In this document: positions 1-8,238 of the stretch, piece after piece | How positions within the stretch are numbered: position 1 is the stretch's first letter | Layout of the letters: each line of letters opens with the position of its first letter | DNA from: a virus | Lineage: Duplodnaviria > Caudoviricetes | Reading direction: 5' to 3' (one strand) | IMG/VR virus record: IMGVR_UViG_3300033562_000623 | Coordinates: 1 to 27,607 of that record | DNA: 27,607 nt | Made by a program: the position numbers and the translations under genes | Notes under the pieces: generated by a model | Databases searched by the model: none | Seen by the model: only the letters and a program-made list of their open reading frames with translations | Told to the model about the DNA's origin: nothing

Positions 1-137
1 CCTTCCGGCTTTGTTGACCTGTTTGCCTGCCATTTTTCCGACTATATTAGCTTGTTTGCCTGCAGCTTTTCCGGCTTTGCTGATCTGTTTGCCAGCCATT
101 TTTCCGACTATATTGGCTTGTTTTCCTGCAGCTTTTC
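1..137. repeat. 66-bp tandem coding repeat (22 aa, made of 11-aa subunits)
   Basis: Two near-identical copies of gcttttccggctttgctgatctgtttgccagccatttttccgactatattggcttgttttcctgca; differences are mostly at third codon positions of the minus-strand frame. Confidence 0.85.
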
Positions 138-261
138 TAATGCGATTAGCCTCATCTAATAGTCCTTCGGCTTTCTTTTTCCCATTTGGTACACCATTCG
201 TGAATCCCCATTTTCCGCCATGGGCTATGTAGTTCTCTTTCAAGTACTCATCATATGTCAT
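1..261 (-). CDS. Basic repeat protein (partial, runs off window edge), probable virion-associated protein
   Basis: Not in the ORF track. ATG at 261 with GGAAGGAG SD upstream; translates MTYDEYLKENYIAHGGKWGFTNG...AAGKQANIVGKMAGKQISKAGKAAGKQANIVGKMAGKQVNKAGR and is open to position 1. Confidence 0.8.
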   Translation of the reverse strand, partial: MTYDEYLKENYIAHGGKWGFTNGVPNGKKKAEGLLDEANRIRKAAGKQANIVGKMAGKQISKAGKAAGKQANIVGKMAGKQVNKAGR

Positions 262-325
262 CCTGTTACTCCTTCCGTTATTGTTTATCTTATTTTTTGG
301 ACAAAAGTTTTCATTTAGAGTCTTT

Positions 326-2080
326 CTACATGAACATATCTTTATTCAGCTTAAACGCTACCCAGGCATCTAACATTGCTGAAACAGCATCTATTTTCTG
401 TTCGTATCTCTTTTTATAAAGTTTTCGGTTTCGGTTGGAATCAACTTCTACCACACAATTACCCATTGTAAAAGACATTAGATGTTCATCAAATAAAAGC
501 ATTCTTTCTTCGGCCATAGTTTTAAGCTCTCCAAGAGGGACTGTTTCCGTCTTCATGCCCTGGATTACTTTTTCTACAGCATACTTGCCGTTTTCTAATT
601 CCCATCGTGTCATGAATTCCGAAGCATTATATGGATCGTAGCCGACACTTCTAACATCATACATTCTTTCCATTATGTGTCTCTCTAAATCATCATATAC
701 ATGCATCATGTCTAGTACACTTTCGTCCATAACTACTAGGCTTCCTTCTTGTATAAACTGAGTGTATCTATATTGCATGGCTTCTGGTAGTCGTCTATAG
801 GTTAGTTCTGTAATATAATTTCTGGTCTTAATTCCAAAGTTTCCACTTACCAAAGGAAACACAAATGTAAAAGCACAGAAGTCATCTCCTCTAGACAAAT
901 CGATACCCATTGAGCATGGCATCCTATCATAGCTTCTTTTCTTATGAACGAGTATGTCATCATAAGCAAAGAAATACGTAAATCCAGATAGCGGTATTCC
1001 AAATCGTTTTGCCATGATATCATTTTTAGCGGCAGGGGCTTTTTCTGCTCTTTCTACATCCTGCTGATAAACAGAGTAGTCTACAGTTATTCCTATATTT
1101 GGATTAGCCTTAAGCCATAATTCCGGATAGTTAACCTCTGATATATCGTCCAACTTATAATAGAATATGGACACATGAGGAGCATAATACTCGCCCTTTA
1201 ATATCTTAGCTAATTCCATTTTAATTGTATCCCCACAACCATCACGTATTGTTCCTTCTGATGACGTGGCGATTATTAAATAGTCGTCTAGCTTTGAGGC
1301 ACCCTGTTCTATGGCTCCTATTGGATCTTCTCTTAGGTCTCCTGATAACCATTCATCTACGGTGGCTCTTTTTACGCGTAGCCCCTGTAGTTTAGGTATG
1401 GTCATAGGTCTAACTTCTAAGAGACTTGCGGTTAGGAAATTCTCAATGCCTTTTTTTGTTGCCGACAATTTAGTTCGATTTGACTTTGGACCAGTGGTAT
1501 TTTGCAAAGAACCCATTGTTAGGAACTTTAGCAGGGGCCCTCTTGCTCTGGTTATAGCTGTCCGCAAAGGAGACATAACTTCTTCCGCTTGTTTCATTGT
1601 AGGGGCAGTTGTAATCTGATGTGTTGTAGACGTGTCAATTATCAAGCTGTACCCGTGATGAAATGAATCATACAGAGATTTTGCAGCGCCTCGTCCAACA
1701 ATTAGATATTGCTTTTTTGTAAGTCGTTTTTTTATAACCTTAGTTACGTATTGCCCACCGCGTCTATCTCGGTATGGTTCATATACTTTCTTCTCTTCGA
1801 AGTAGTACCAACAATAAACTTGTTCTGCCCATAACTTAAAGCTTTCTAACATGTGAACATCGGAGCCATCGGTTAAGGTTAATTCATCTTCACAAAAAGC
1901 TATCCAACCATCAGTAGTGTCGTTATCACAATAATATTTTGGGTCTAACACTAAAGAATCGATGCGATTCATTTCCATTGATATCTCTTTATTTACTGGA
2001 ATCTCGCCGGTCATTACGGCGTTTCTAAATTTGGCATAGTATTTTGGTACGGCCGTATTTGATAACGCCATTGTAATCAC
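326..2080 (-). CDS. terL: Terminase large subunit
   Basis: 584 aa; Walker A GRGAAKS, Walker B ATVDEW, coupling motif ATSS, RNase H-like nuclease motifs GIDLS and KIDAVSA. Start may be MALSNT at 2071. Confidence 0.93.
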   Translation of the reverse strand: MITMALSNTAVPKYYAKFRNAVMTGEIPVNKEISMEMNRIDSLVLDPKYYCDNDTTDGWIAFCEDELTLTDGSDVHMLESFKLWAEQVYCWYYFEEKKVYEPYRDRRGGQYVTKVIKKRLTKKQYLIVGRGAAKSLYDSFHHGYSLIIDTSTTHQITTAPTMKQAEEVMSPLRTAITRARGPLLKFLTMGSLQNTTGPKSNRTKLSATKKGIENFLTASLLEVRPMTIPKLQGLRVKRATVDEWLSGDLREDPIGAIEQGASKLDDYLIIATSSEGTIRDGCGDTIKMELAKILKGEYYAPHVSIFYYKLDDISEVNYPELWLKANPNIGITVDYSVYQQDVERAEKAPAAKNDIMAKRFGIPLSGFTYFFAYDDILVHKKRSYDRMPCSMGIDLSRGDDFCAFTFVFPLVSGNFGIKTRNYITELTYRRLPEAMQYRYTQFIQEGSLVVMDESVLDMMHVYDDLERHIMERMYDVRSVGYDPYNASEFMTRWELENGKYAVEKVIQGMKTETVPLGELKTMAEERMLLFDEHLMSFTMGNCVVEVDSNRNRKLYKKRYEQKIDAVSAMLDAWVAFKLNKDMFM

Positions 2081-2500
2081 CTACTTCTTTTTGTTATTTG
2101 CAAAAACGACTTCGCTTCCTAGGAGCTTATTTATTGCTTTTGCCATCGCTGCTGACGTAAGTTGTTCTGCCATTTTTTCTCCCGCTTTAGAAATGGTGTT
2201 TGCTGCAAATTGCTTCGAGTCAAAATATTTCTTTTTTACTGGTGGAGCGGGTAATTGATCTATCAAGGCCTTCTCAAGCCTTCGTCTTTCAATTAGCTCT
2301 GATATATCTTTGTTGTCCATTTTTTTAATTTTTGCTATATCTCTTTTTCGTTTGGCTGCTTCTATAGCGAGTAGTTCTCGTTTAGACATTTTTGTTTTGT
2401 CAACTTTTCTTTTGGAACTACTACTAGATCCTTTACGTTTGCCCCATCGCATTCCTACTTTTCCGTATTGGATTAATAGATCTTGTTCTTCTACATACAT
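2081..2500 (-). CDS. Basic protein with N-terminal L-x-[HQ]-[HY]-G-x-x-G-M-[KR]-W-G motif, putative virion internal protein
   Basis: LLIQYGKVGMRWGKRK; strong AAGGAGGT SD; Lys-rich; directly upstream of terL. Confidence 0.7.
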   Translation of the reverse strand: MYVEEQDLLIQYGKVGMRWGKRKGSSSSSKRKVDKTKMSKRELLAIEAAKRKRDIAKIKKMDNKDISELIERRRLEKALIDQLPAPPVKKKYFDSKQFAANTISKAGEKMAEQLTSAAMAKAINKLLGSEVVFANNKKK

Positions 2501-2551
2501 TGCTGCACCTCCTTACTCTCTTTTTAAAGGTACTTAATACCTATGTCAATT

Positions 2552-2935
2552 CTAGAAAACGGCTGGCTCCGTAATACGCTCTTTTTCGATTTGTCTAACA
2601 ACTACATCAATTCTAAATTCTAACCTAGAAATAGAGTTATTGATTACCGTAACTAGAGTTTGGTTTGCAGGAGGATCAAACAAAAGCTTTACCTGAAGAT
2701 ACACATACTCCTCTATCATGGCTAATCTTTTATCGGTGTATATTGAATCCCAGGTTTCTTCAGGTCCAGTTATAATAAAACCTCTCTCTGGTCCAACACC
2801 AAGCTGATAGGTTAACATAGATAATTCAGAGTTGATGTGTCCTATTAGCTCGGCATCAAAGGAAGTATCTTCTGGATCTGTAAAATATTTTTTAATACCT
2901 TCTAGTATACTTCCTCCAATTCCAATTGCTATCAT
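2552..2935 (-). CDS. Conserved phage protein, possible head-tail connector-like
   Basis: SILEGIKK...FDAELIGHINS...QLGVGP...YVYLQVKLLFDPP pattern recalled from this phage group. Start moved to MIAIG (2935) to avoid overlap with the upstream gene. Confidence 0.55.
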   Translation of the reverse strand: MIAIGIGGSILEGIKKYFTDPEDTSFDAELIGHINSELSMLTYQLGVGPERGFIITGPEETWDSIYTDKRLAMIEEYVYLQVKLLFDPPANQTLVTVINNSISRLEFRIDVVVRQIEKERITEPAVF

Positions 2936-2937
2936 AT

Positions 2938-3267
2938 TTATGCCTCTACTTTTTCCAAGAAGTTGCTCATACAATATCCTTCAAGGCCAGTGGCCGTAGA
3001 TACTTTTGTCCAGTCTCCAGCATCTCCAAGTTTTTGAAGCGAGGAGCCTTGCTCTGCTACAGCTATCGGGTTAGAGGATTTATATGGTTCCTCTCGTACA
3101 TTTAATGCCTCACATGTAACTCTAACATATTCAGGTTCTTGAGTTGCCTCTGGTTCGTCTGTCAATTCTGGTAAAGGGATTACTTGTACTGTAACTAGAG
3201 CGGGTTCAACTGGTACCAAGGGTTGGTCTGTAGTAAGGTCTTTTTCATTTTTAAATTCTGGTCTCAT
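2938..3267 (-). CDS. Bacterial SH3 (SH3b) domain protein
   Basis: C-terminal VTCEALNVREEP...GDWTKVSTATGLEGYCMSNFL. Start moved to MRPEF (3267), which follows AAGGAGGA. Confidence 0.8.
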   Translation of the reverse strand: MRPEFKNEKDLTTDQPLVPVEPALVTVQVIPLPELTDEPEATQEPEYVRVTCEALNVREEPYKSSNPIAVAEQGSSLQKLGDAGDWTKVSTATGLEGYCMSNFLEKVEA

Positions 3268-3280
3268 TTTTAAATCCTCC

Positions 3281-3700
3281 TTAAAGTTTGTTTTTCCATG
3301 GACAGGTGTCAAATGGAGTTCTTTCCACAATTGGGTCCGAGTATAGAGGTTTGCCTCCATAGTGTAACGGCTTGTGTGTTTTGTTAGCATCGGTGGTTAT
3401 TAGATTATCTAAATCATATAAGCATGGATTCCCATTTAGTATATCATCAATGGTTATGGGATTCATGTGATGCACATTTATAGTACCACTTATTTCATAC
3501 CCGGAAACGCCTAAATCGCATCCCTTATCTCTTATGATTACTTGTTCTGCTACCTCCCTCCATAAAGGGTTTCCATAAAGATATTGATTAAGATATCTAT
3601 ACCCTCCGAAGGTTCTGTCTCCAATTCTAGCAGTCTCTCTTAAGTACATGAATCGTTCTTCATATGTGGGTAGAGTCATAAGCTCACTGTAGGTTTTCAT
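3281..3700 (-). CDS. HNH endonuclease, terminase-associated
   Basis: WREVAEQVIIRDKGCDLG...VHHMNP...NLIT...THKPLH; sits in the packaging module, as is typical of cos phages. Confidence 0.85.
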   Translation of the reverse strand: MKTYSELMTLPTYEERFMYLRETARIGDRTFGGYRYLNQYLYGNPLWREVAEQVIIRDKGCDLGVSGYEISGTINVHHMNPITIDDILNGNPCLYDLDNLITTDANKTHKPLHYGGKPLYSDPIVERTPFDTCPWKNKL

Positions 3701-4015
3701 TTAGGATTCACCGCCGGCATATTTTCTAAAGGCTTTCAAGGCCTCTTCGAGTATAACCTTTGTATCACCCTGTTCTTTTATAGATTTTGTTTGTGCTTGT
3801 AAAAGGGATTTTTTTTCTTCTAGTATCTGTAGTTCTAGTTCGGATTTTCTTGTTCCGAGATCTAGAAAGAAACTTATTACCTGTGCTTTGGCTGTTCCAT
3901 CTCGTAACTGCTTCTTTGCTAAATTCATAGCTAGTGCTTGAGCCTCAGCGATGGAGTCTTCTGGACCCATAGTTGGTCGCAATAAGCTTATGTCCACTTT
4001 CTCTTTCTTTGCCAA
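3701..4015 (-). CDS. Conserved helical protein, candidate terminase small subunit
   Basis: 104 aa with a coiled-coil C-terminal half; TTG start with AAGGAG SD; first gene after the putative cos site. Function inferred from position. Confidence 0.5.
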   Translation of the reverse strand: MAKKEKVDISLLRPTMGPEDSIAEAQALAMNLAKKQLRDGTAKAQVISFFLDLGTRKSELELQILEEKKSLLQAQTKSIKEQGDTKVILEEALKAFRKYAGGES

Positions 4016-4037
4016 TTGTTATCATCTCCTTACTACC

Positions 4038-4200
4038 ACTTCTCCTGGACTATTATCAACAGTCTGACCACTTCTATAACCCTTAAAAGGAGTGTAAAAA
4101 GGGTTATAGATTACAGAACGAAACTATAGGAGGGTTTCGATACGAATTATCTTATGTGATTGATACACAGCCAGACTGTTCGTAGCAATCCAGGAAAAGT
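4038..4200 (-). ncRNA. Predicted multibranch structured RNA (about 163 nt), sRNA or 5' leader
   Basis: Nested stems 4186-4200/4038-4052 (15 bp, 3 G-U) and 4170-4180/4058-4068 (11 bp, 1 G-U), plus hairpins 4155-4169, 4119-4139 and 4073-4110 (12 bp perfect). Imperfect pairs are G-U only on the minus strand. Confidence 0.65.
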
Positions 4201-4234
4201 TATTTTTTGTACTCCCCCCGGAGCTTTTTTTAGG

Positions 4235-4243
4235 AGGGCAGCG
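4235..4243 (-). other. Putative cos site (9-nt cohesive end CGCTGCCCT)
   Basis: GC-rich island with G/C runs (4211-4280) in an AT-rich genome, between the 90-aa gene and the packaging genes. Resembles CGCCGCCCT-type 3' overhangs recalled for syntenic phages. Confidence 0.55.
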
Positions 4244-4281
4244 ATTTGAGGTGGGGGGTATAATTTGACCCCGCCCCCCTA

Positions 4282-4554
4282 TTACTTATTTTTTGGGTTA
4301 TATAACTTAACATATACCTTAAAAATATCGTTACTAATAATATCATCAATAGCTTCTTCGACGATTGAATCATTCTCTTCGTCTGTGAATTGATCAGAAG
4401 TGTAAGCAAGCATTGCTAAACGTTCACAACAACCTTGAGTCATTCCCAATTCTGCAATTGGCTTTGAACTTAGTACGTCATATGAATACCACTTCTTAAA
4501 ATCGTCGAATGGTGAATACGGATTGTCAATAGTTGATAATGAAACCTTAGACAT
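4282..4554 (-). CDS. Conserved acidic hypothetical protein
   Basis: 90 aa, LSTIDNPYSPFDDFKKWYSYD motif; AAAGGAGGT SD lies inside the end of the 905-aa gene. Confidence 0.75.
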   Translation of the reverse strand: MSKVSLSTIDNPYSPFDDFKKWYSYDVLSSKPIAELGMTQGCCERLAMLAYTSDQFTDEENDSIVEEAIDDIISNDIFKVYVKLYNPKNK

Positions 4555-4555
4555 C

Positions 4556-7273
4556 TTACTTACCTCCTTTCTCTACAGTTGGGGCCTGGTCTGTGGTTAA
4601 GTCTCGTATCACGGAGACGGGGACGTCAAAGCGCTTTGCTACCTCAGCATTTGTGTAGCCTAGACTAAGCATGTGCTCTATACGTGTCCTCTGTGTACCA
4701 GACAGTGTTGCCTTAGTCTTCTGAGGCATAGCTAACGACATGAGCGTATCTTTGTCTACATTGTTCAGTAGCTTCCTAAGCATAGTAGGACTTATAGCTC
4801 CTTCTTGTATGGCTTGCCACTCTCTATCATTGAGTCGTACAGCATCCTTGTGCGCTCCATATAAAGCCCTAGATCTCTCTAACTCTTGTTGACCTATCTT
4901 ACGCTTCATCTCTGAGTCGTCTTTAAGCATAGGGTTGTCCTGTATGGCGGCCTTTAACTTAGCATTAGCTGCAGTTTGGGCCATTCTCTCTCTAGGCTTA
5001 TTGGACTCTGCAATAAATAATTTCTTTTCTAGATCTTTAACTTCTTTAAAGTACTTCTCATGGGCCTCTTTATTTTGCTTAATTTCTGGAGTTTGTATTA
5101 AGGTAGCCCTTGCTTGATTGGCAAGACCCTTCACAGTATTAGCATAGTTGGCATAGAGCTCCTCTTTTGGATGCCCGGAGGATAGTAGGCGGGCGTCTTT
5201 TACTTCTTGCATTTTTGTAGAATTTTGTGTACGTAATATTGATTTTCCAGTTTTTGGATCTATTCTGTGTATATCATCTACATTTTTCCAAACTAAAGTT
5301 CCGTCTTCTTTTATTTTTGGACTTCCTTGTCTTTTTATAATTACTTCTGGCGATTTTGCTCTTGACATTAGGGTTGCTGCTCCTGTAGAATAGTTACCAT
5401 TATCATTTATTCTACCTTGGTATTTATCTTTTAGACTTGAAATTTTATTGTCTTCAAAGCTTTGTTTGTAATTTAAGCCATGCTTCTCAGCGTCTATTAC
5501 CACCATTGAATGCCTAACTGCTCTGGCTAATTCGCTTTCTGTGGCCCCTTTTAGTGTCATGTCAGTAATTAAATTAGATACTTTTCCCATTTCTGTTTCC
5601 GTGTTAGTCATAAGCTTCATGCCTTTTTTAGGTGGGTACTCCATCTGTGGATCAAATCCTTCTAGACCTTCAAGTGGTTTTTTTGATATAATATTTACTT
5701 TTCCTCTTATTGGAATTGTCAATACCGCATCGCCATCGAAGTCTGCCCCGGATAATCTATCCGCAACATTCTTATTAATCCCTACAGCATCTTTAGCATT
5801 AGGTGTTATTATTTTTATTGCTTCTTTGTTTTTGTTATTAACGGTTAGTATTGGGAGTTCAAAAGGTCCAGCATGGGGAAATCGTATTAAGGCCAGCTTA
5901 GTTCCATCTTCATAGTTTGGAGCATATACTTCAGAATCTTTTAGTGATTTTACAGGTAATATTACGTGATACTTTTGTCCTGGTAATGCAGCCCCTTTTA
6001 AGTCTTCAGCATCTTTATCACATGATTTAGAAAAATCTAACAGCATCTTTTTTTTTACAGTAGGATTTGTTATTTGCATAATGTCTTCATACTGCTGCTG
6101 CCTTCTATCCGACGCTTGAGTTAACTGTGATTTTATAAGGGACTTGTTTTGCTTTGCTAAGAATTGGGATGGAAGTTTATCTCTCCATTCGGCCCAATCT
6201 CCTTCATCCGCTCTTTTATTAATCAATGATAATTGTTTTTTTCCTTTATCATCAATATAATAACTCTGGCCATTCTTTTTTATAGCTGAGCCAAAAGGAT
6301 TGTTTGGATCTTCTAAGTGTATCGGTTTTAATACTTTAGCAGTTGGTGTTCCCGAAGGTTTATTAGTATTAAAGATTACATCTACTCCGTCAGGCATCTT
6401 ATCTCCATACACGGCCATGCCTTTAAGATATTTATTACCGTCCACTAGTATTCTAACCTGAGCATAGTGAGCATTACCTAAATCTAAATCTTTTGCTCCT
6501 CTACGTACTTCTACAACACCATCTTTATCTAGTCCGCCTTTTTCTCTATATCGTATAGCTAATCTCTTGGAATTCATTGAAGCTGGGTATTTAAGAGTAT
6601 CAAATGTATCTCCATTATCGTGAGATATATAATCTCTTAATGAACTTACATTTTTTAGATCAAATATTTCGGCATGTTCTGTTCCCGGTTTACAGGCATA
6701 TCTAGCATTGGTTTGTTTTCCATGACCATTAATCTGCTTAACGCCACCACCATATATCTCATAACCTTCCATCTGCATAATATATAAAGCTTGATCTAAT
6801 TTTGTAGCGGATATATTTAATTCTAATTCTACACCTTTGCCTACATCTACTATTCCTTTTTCATCTACTCGTTCTTTTATGAAATTGGCAGCATTCTTAG
6901 CAACAGCCATTCGTTCTTCTGATTTTTCATTTAGCAAAGATCTTATCGACGAATCATTTTTAAATCCCATTTCTTCAGCTACTCTAGATAGTGACATTCC
7001 GCTATCTCTTAATGCTTTTGCTTTAGCTACTTGTACTGTTCTGCGTTCTTCTCCAGCTAATGCTACTTGTGTTCTAAGCATTCCGGTTGACATACCTAGC
7101 ATGTCCGCCATAGCTTTCTCGCTGTGACCTTCTTTTTTTAAAGACTCTACTCTACTAAGAAAGTCTCCACTATGCTGATATGGTTCTCCACCAGAGCCCC
7201 AAGGGTATCTACCAGATCTTTTTTTTACACCATAATGTTGCAAGACAGGTTCTGAATAATCATCTTCATACAT
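4556..7273 (-). CDS. Putative single-subunit two-barrel DNA-dependent RNA polymerase (YonO/QDE-1 RdRP-like) with HTH domains
   Basis: Ordered motifs AQVR..LKGM, LIRFPH, RLSGADFDGD (DFDGD at 5729-5743), MGKVSN, SMVVIDAEKHG; HTH-like segments SEKAMADMLGMSTGMLR, SLSRVAEEMGFKNDSSIRSLL and YTNAEVAKRFDVPVSVIR. Confidence 0.8.
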   Translation of the reverse strand: MYEDDYSEPVLQHYGVKKRSGRYPWGSGGEPYQHSGDFLSRVESLKKEGHSEKAMADMLGMSTGMLRTQVALAGEERRTVQVAKAKALRDSGMSLSRVAEEMGFKNDSSIRSLLNEKSEERMAVAKNAANFIKERVDEKGIVDVGKGVELELNISATKLDQALYIMQMEGYEIYGGGVKQINGHGKQTNARYACKPGTEHAEIFDLKNVSSLRDYISHDNGDTFDTLKYPASMNSKRLAIRYREKGGLDKDGVVEVRRGAKDLDLGNAHYAQVRILVDGNKYLKGMAVYGDKMPDGVDVIFNTNKPSGTPTAKVLKPIHLEDPNNPFGSAIKKNGQSYYIDDKGKKQLSLINKRADEGDWAEWRDKLPSQFLAKQNKSLIKSQLTQASDRRQQQYEDIMQITNPTVKKKMLLDFSKSCDKDAEDLKGAALPGQKYHVILPVKSLKDSEVYAPNYEDGTKLALIRFPHAGPFELPILTVNNKNKEAIKIITPNAKDAVGINKNVADRLSGADFDGDAVLTIPIRGKVNIISKKPLEGLEGFDPQMEYPPKKGMKLMTNTETEMGKVSNLITDMTLKGATESELARAVRHSMVVIDAEKHGLNYKQSFEDNKISSLKDKYQGRINDNGNYSTGAATLMSRAKSPEVIIKRQGSPKIKEDGTLVWKNVDDIHRIDPKTGKSILRTQNSTKMQEVKDARLLSSGHPKEELYANYANTVKGLANQARATLIQTPEIKQNKEAHEKYFKEVKDLEKKLFIAESNKPRERMAQTAANAKLKAAIQDNPMLKDDSEMKRKIGQQELERSRALYGAHKDAVRLNDREWQAIQEGAISPTMLRKLLNNVDKDTLMSLAMPQKTKATLSGTQRTRIEHMLSLGYTNAEVAKRFDVPVSVIRDLTTDQAPTVEKGGK

Positions 7274-7854
7274 TAAATGAATCCTCCTTTATCTATTTGT
7301 GACAGGGTCTCTTCATGATTCATTATTATGTCTGTTATTTCGGCAATTTCTTCTGGTAATGGAACATATTTTATAACTTTATCTATTTGATATATTTTTA
7401 GTATTGTACGTATTCTATTTGGATCTATAGCATACTCTAAACAAAACAAGGCTGCATATATAAGTAGTTGTTCAAAATCTTTTTTTTTCTCTTCATAAAC
7501 ATTTACAGTACCGGATTTATAATCACTTATTCGTAATGTATTACCGTCAAAACCAATAGCATCCGCCGTACCGAAAATAGAATCTGAGTACTGTAATGGC
7601 TGTTCTGGTTTTAAGCCGTTGGCTATTGCGTCGTTTATATATAATCCTAAGGCGTCCTTATCTGGTTGAATTCGACCAAGCTTTATAGATTCACAAGCCC
7701 ACTCATGTAATCTGGTTCCTCTCTTCTTTGCTTCAGAATTAATTTTAAACTGTAATAGTTTTTCTCTATCATATCTTAGCCATGAAGAAGAACTCGGACT
7801 TAAAAGGGCATGTCTACCACGTAACTCATTATGATAATTAAAATTAAAAACCAT
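7273..7854 (-). CDS. PD-(D/E)XK nuclease (DUF2800/Cas4-like exonuclease)
   Basis: HALLSPSSSSW, GTRLHE, FGTADAI, ISDYKSG, QLLIYA. Confidence 0.85.
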   Translation of the reverse strand: MVFNFNYHNELRGRHALLSPSSSSWLRYDREKLLQFKINSEAKKRGTRLHEWACESIKLGRIQPDKDALGLYINDAIANGLKPEQPLQYSDSIFGTADAIGFDGNTLRISDYKSGTVNVYEEKKKDFEQLLIYAALFCLEYAIDPNRIRTILKIYQIDKVIKYVPLPEEIAEITDIIMNHEETLSQIDKGGFI

Positions 7855-7856
7855 GA

Positions 7857-8150
7857 TTACTCCTCCGACATGAACAATAGTAGGTCTCTTAGAACCTGTT
7901 CTTCATTTTCTGGATATATTGCTCTAGAGAAAGACATCCTATTCATTAGATCTATATAATATGGTTGGTTCGGTCTGAATGGAGCACTAGAATCTTTTTT
8001 ACCTTCTAGGGTTGCCCATTTGTTTTTATATAATATTAGTATATCCGGTATTCCTTGAATCTCGCTTGGGTCCATATGCACTATTATACTCGAGGGATAA
8101 AGGGTATATAGCTTTTGTATTAACTGTTGTTTGTACTCGCTTTCTAACAT
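7857..8150 (-). CDS. VRR-NUC domain nuclease (resolvase-like)
   Basis: ESEYKQQLIQKL, GIPDILIL, LEGKK, PNQ; stand-alone 97-aa protein. Confidence 0.88.
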   Translation of the reverse strand: MLESEYKQQLIQKLYTLYPSSIIVHMDPSEIQGIPDILILYKNKWATLEGKKDSSAPFRPNQPYYIDLMNRMSFSRAIYPENEEQVLRDLLLFMSEE

Positions 8151-8238
8151 AATTTTCCTCCTTAAATTTTGCTAAAAATATAGAGGCTGTGTGATTTAGC
8201 AATCCCCACAGTTACAGCGTTGTTGACGCCTTTCCTCT

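Noticed and set aside
4038-4200. tRNA, or a + strand CsrA-sponge RNA with GGA loops
   Set aside because: No T-loop/anticodon architecture or CCA end; on the + strand the outer stems contain C-A mismatches, favouring the minus strand.
4556-7273. 905-aa protein as a host-type RpoC fragment or a true RNA-dependent replicase
   Set aside because: It has GADFDGD rather than NADFDGD, lacks recognisable beta-prime regions, and lies in a dsDNA phage with HTH motifs; template preference remains untested.
7273-7854. Cas4-like nuclease as evidence of a CRISPR-Cas system
   Set aside because: No other cas genes or array, and no Fe-S cysteine cluster; this is an ordinary phage recombination-type nuclease.
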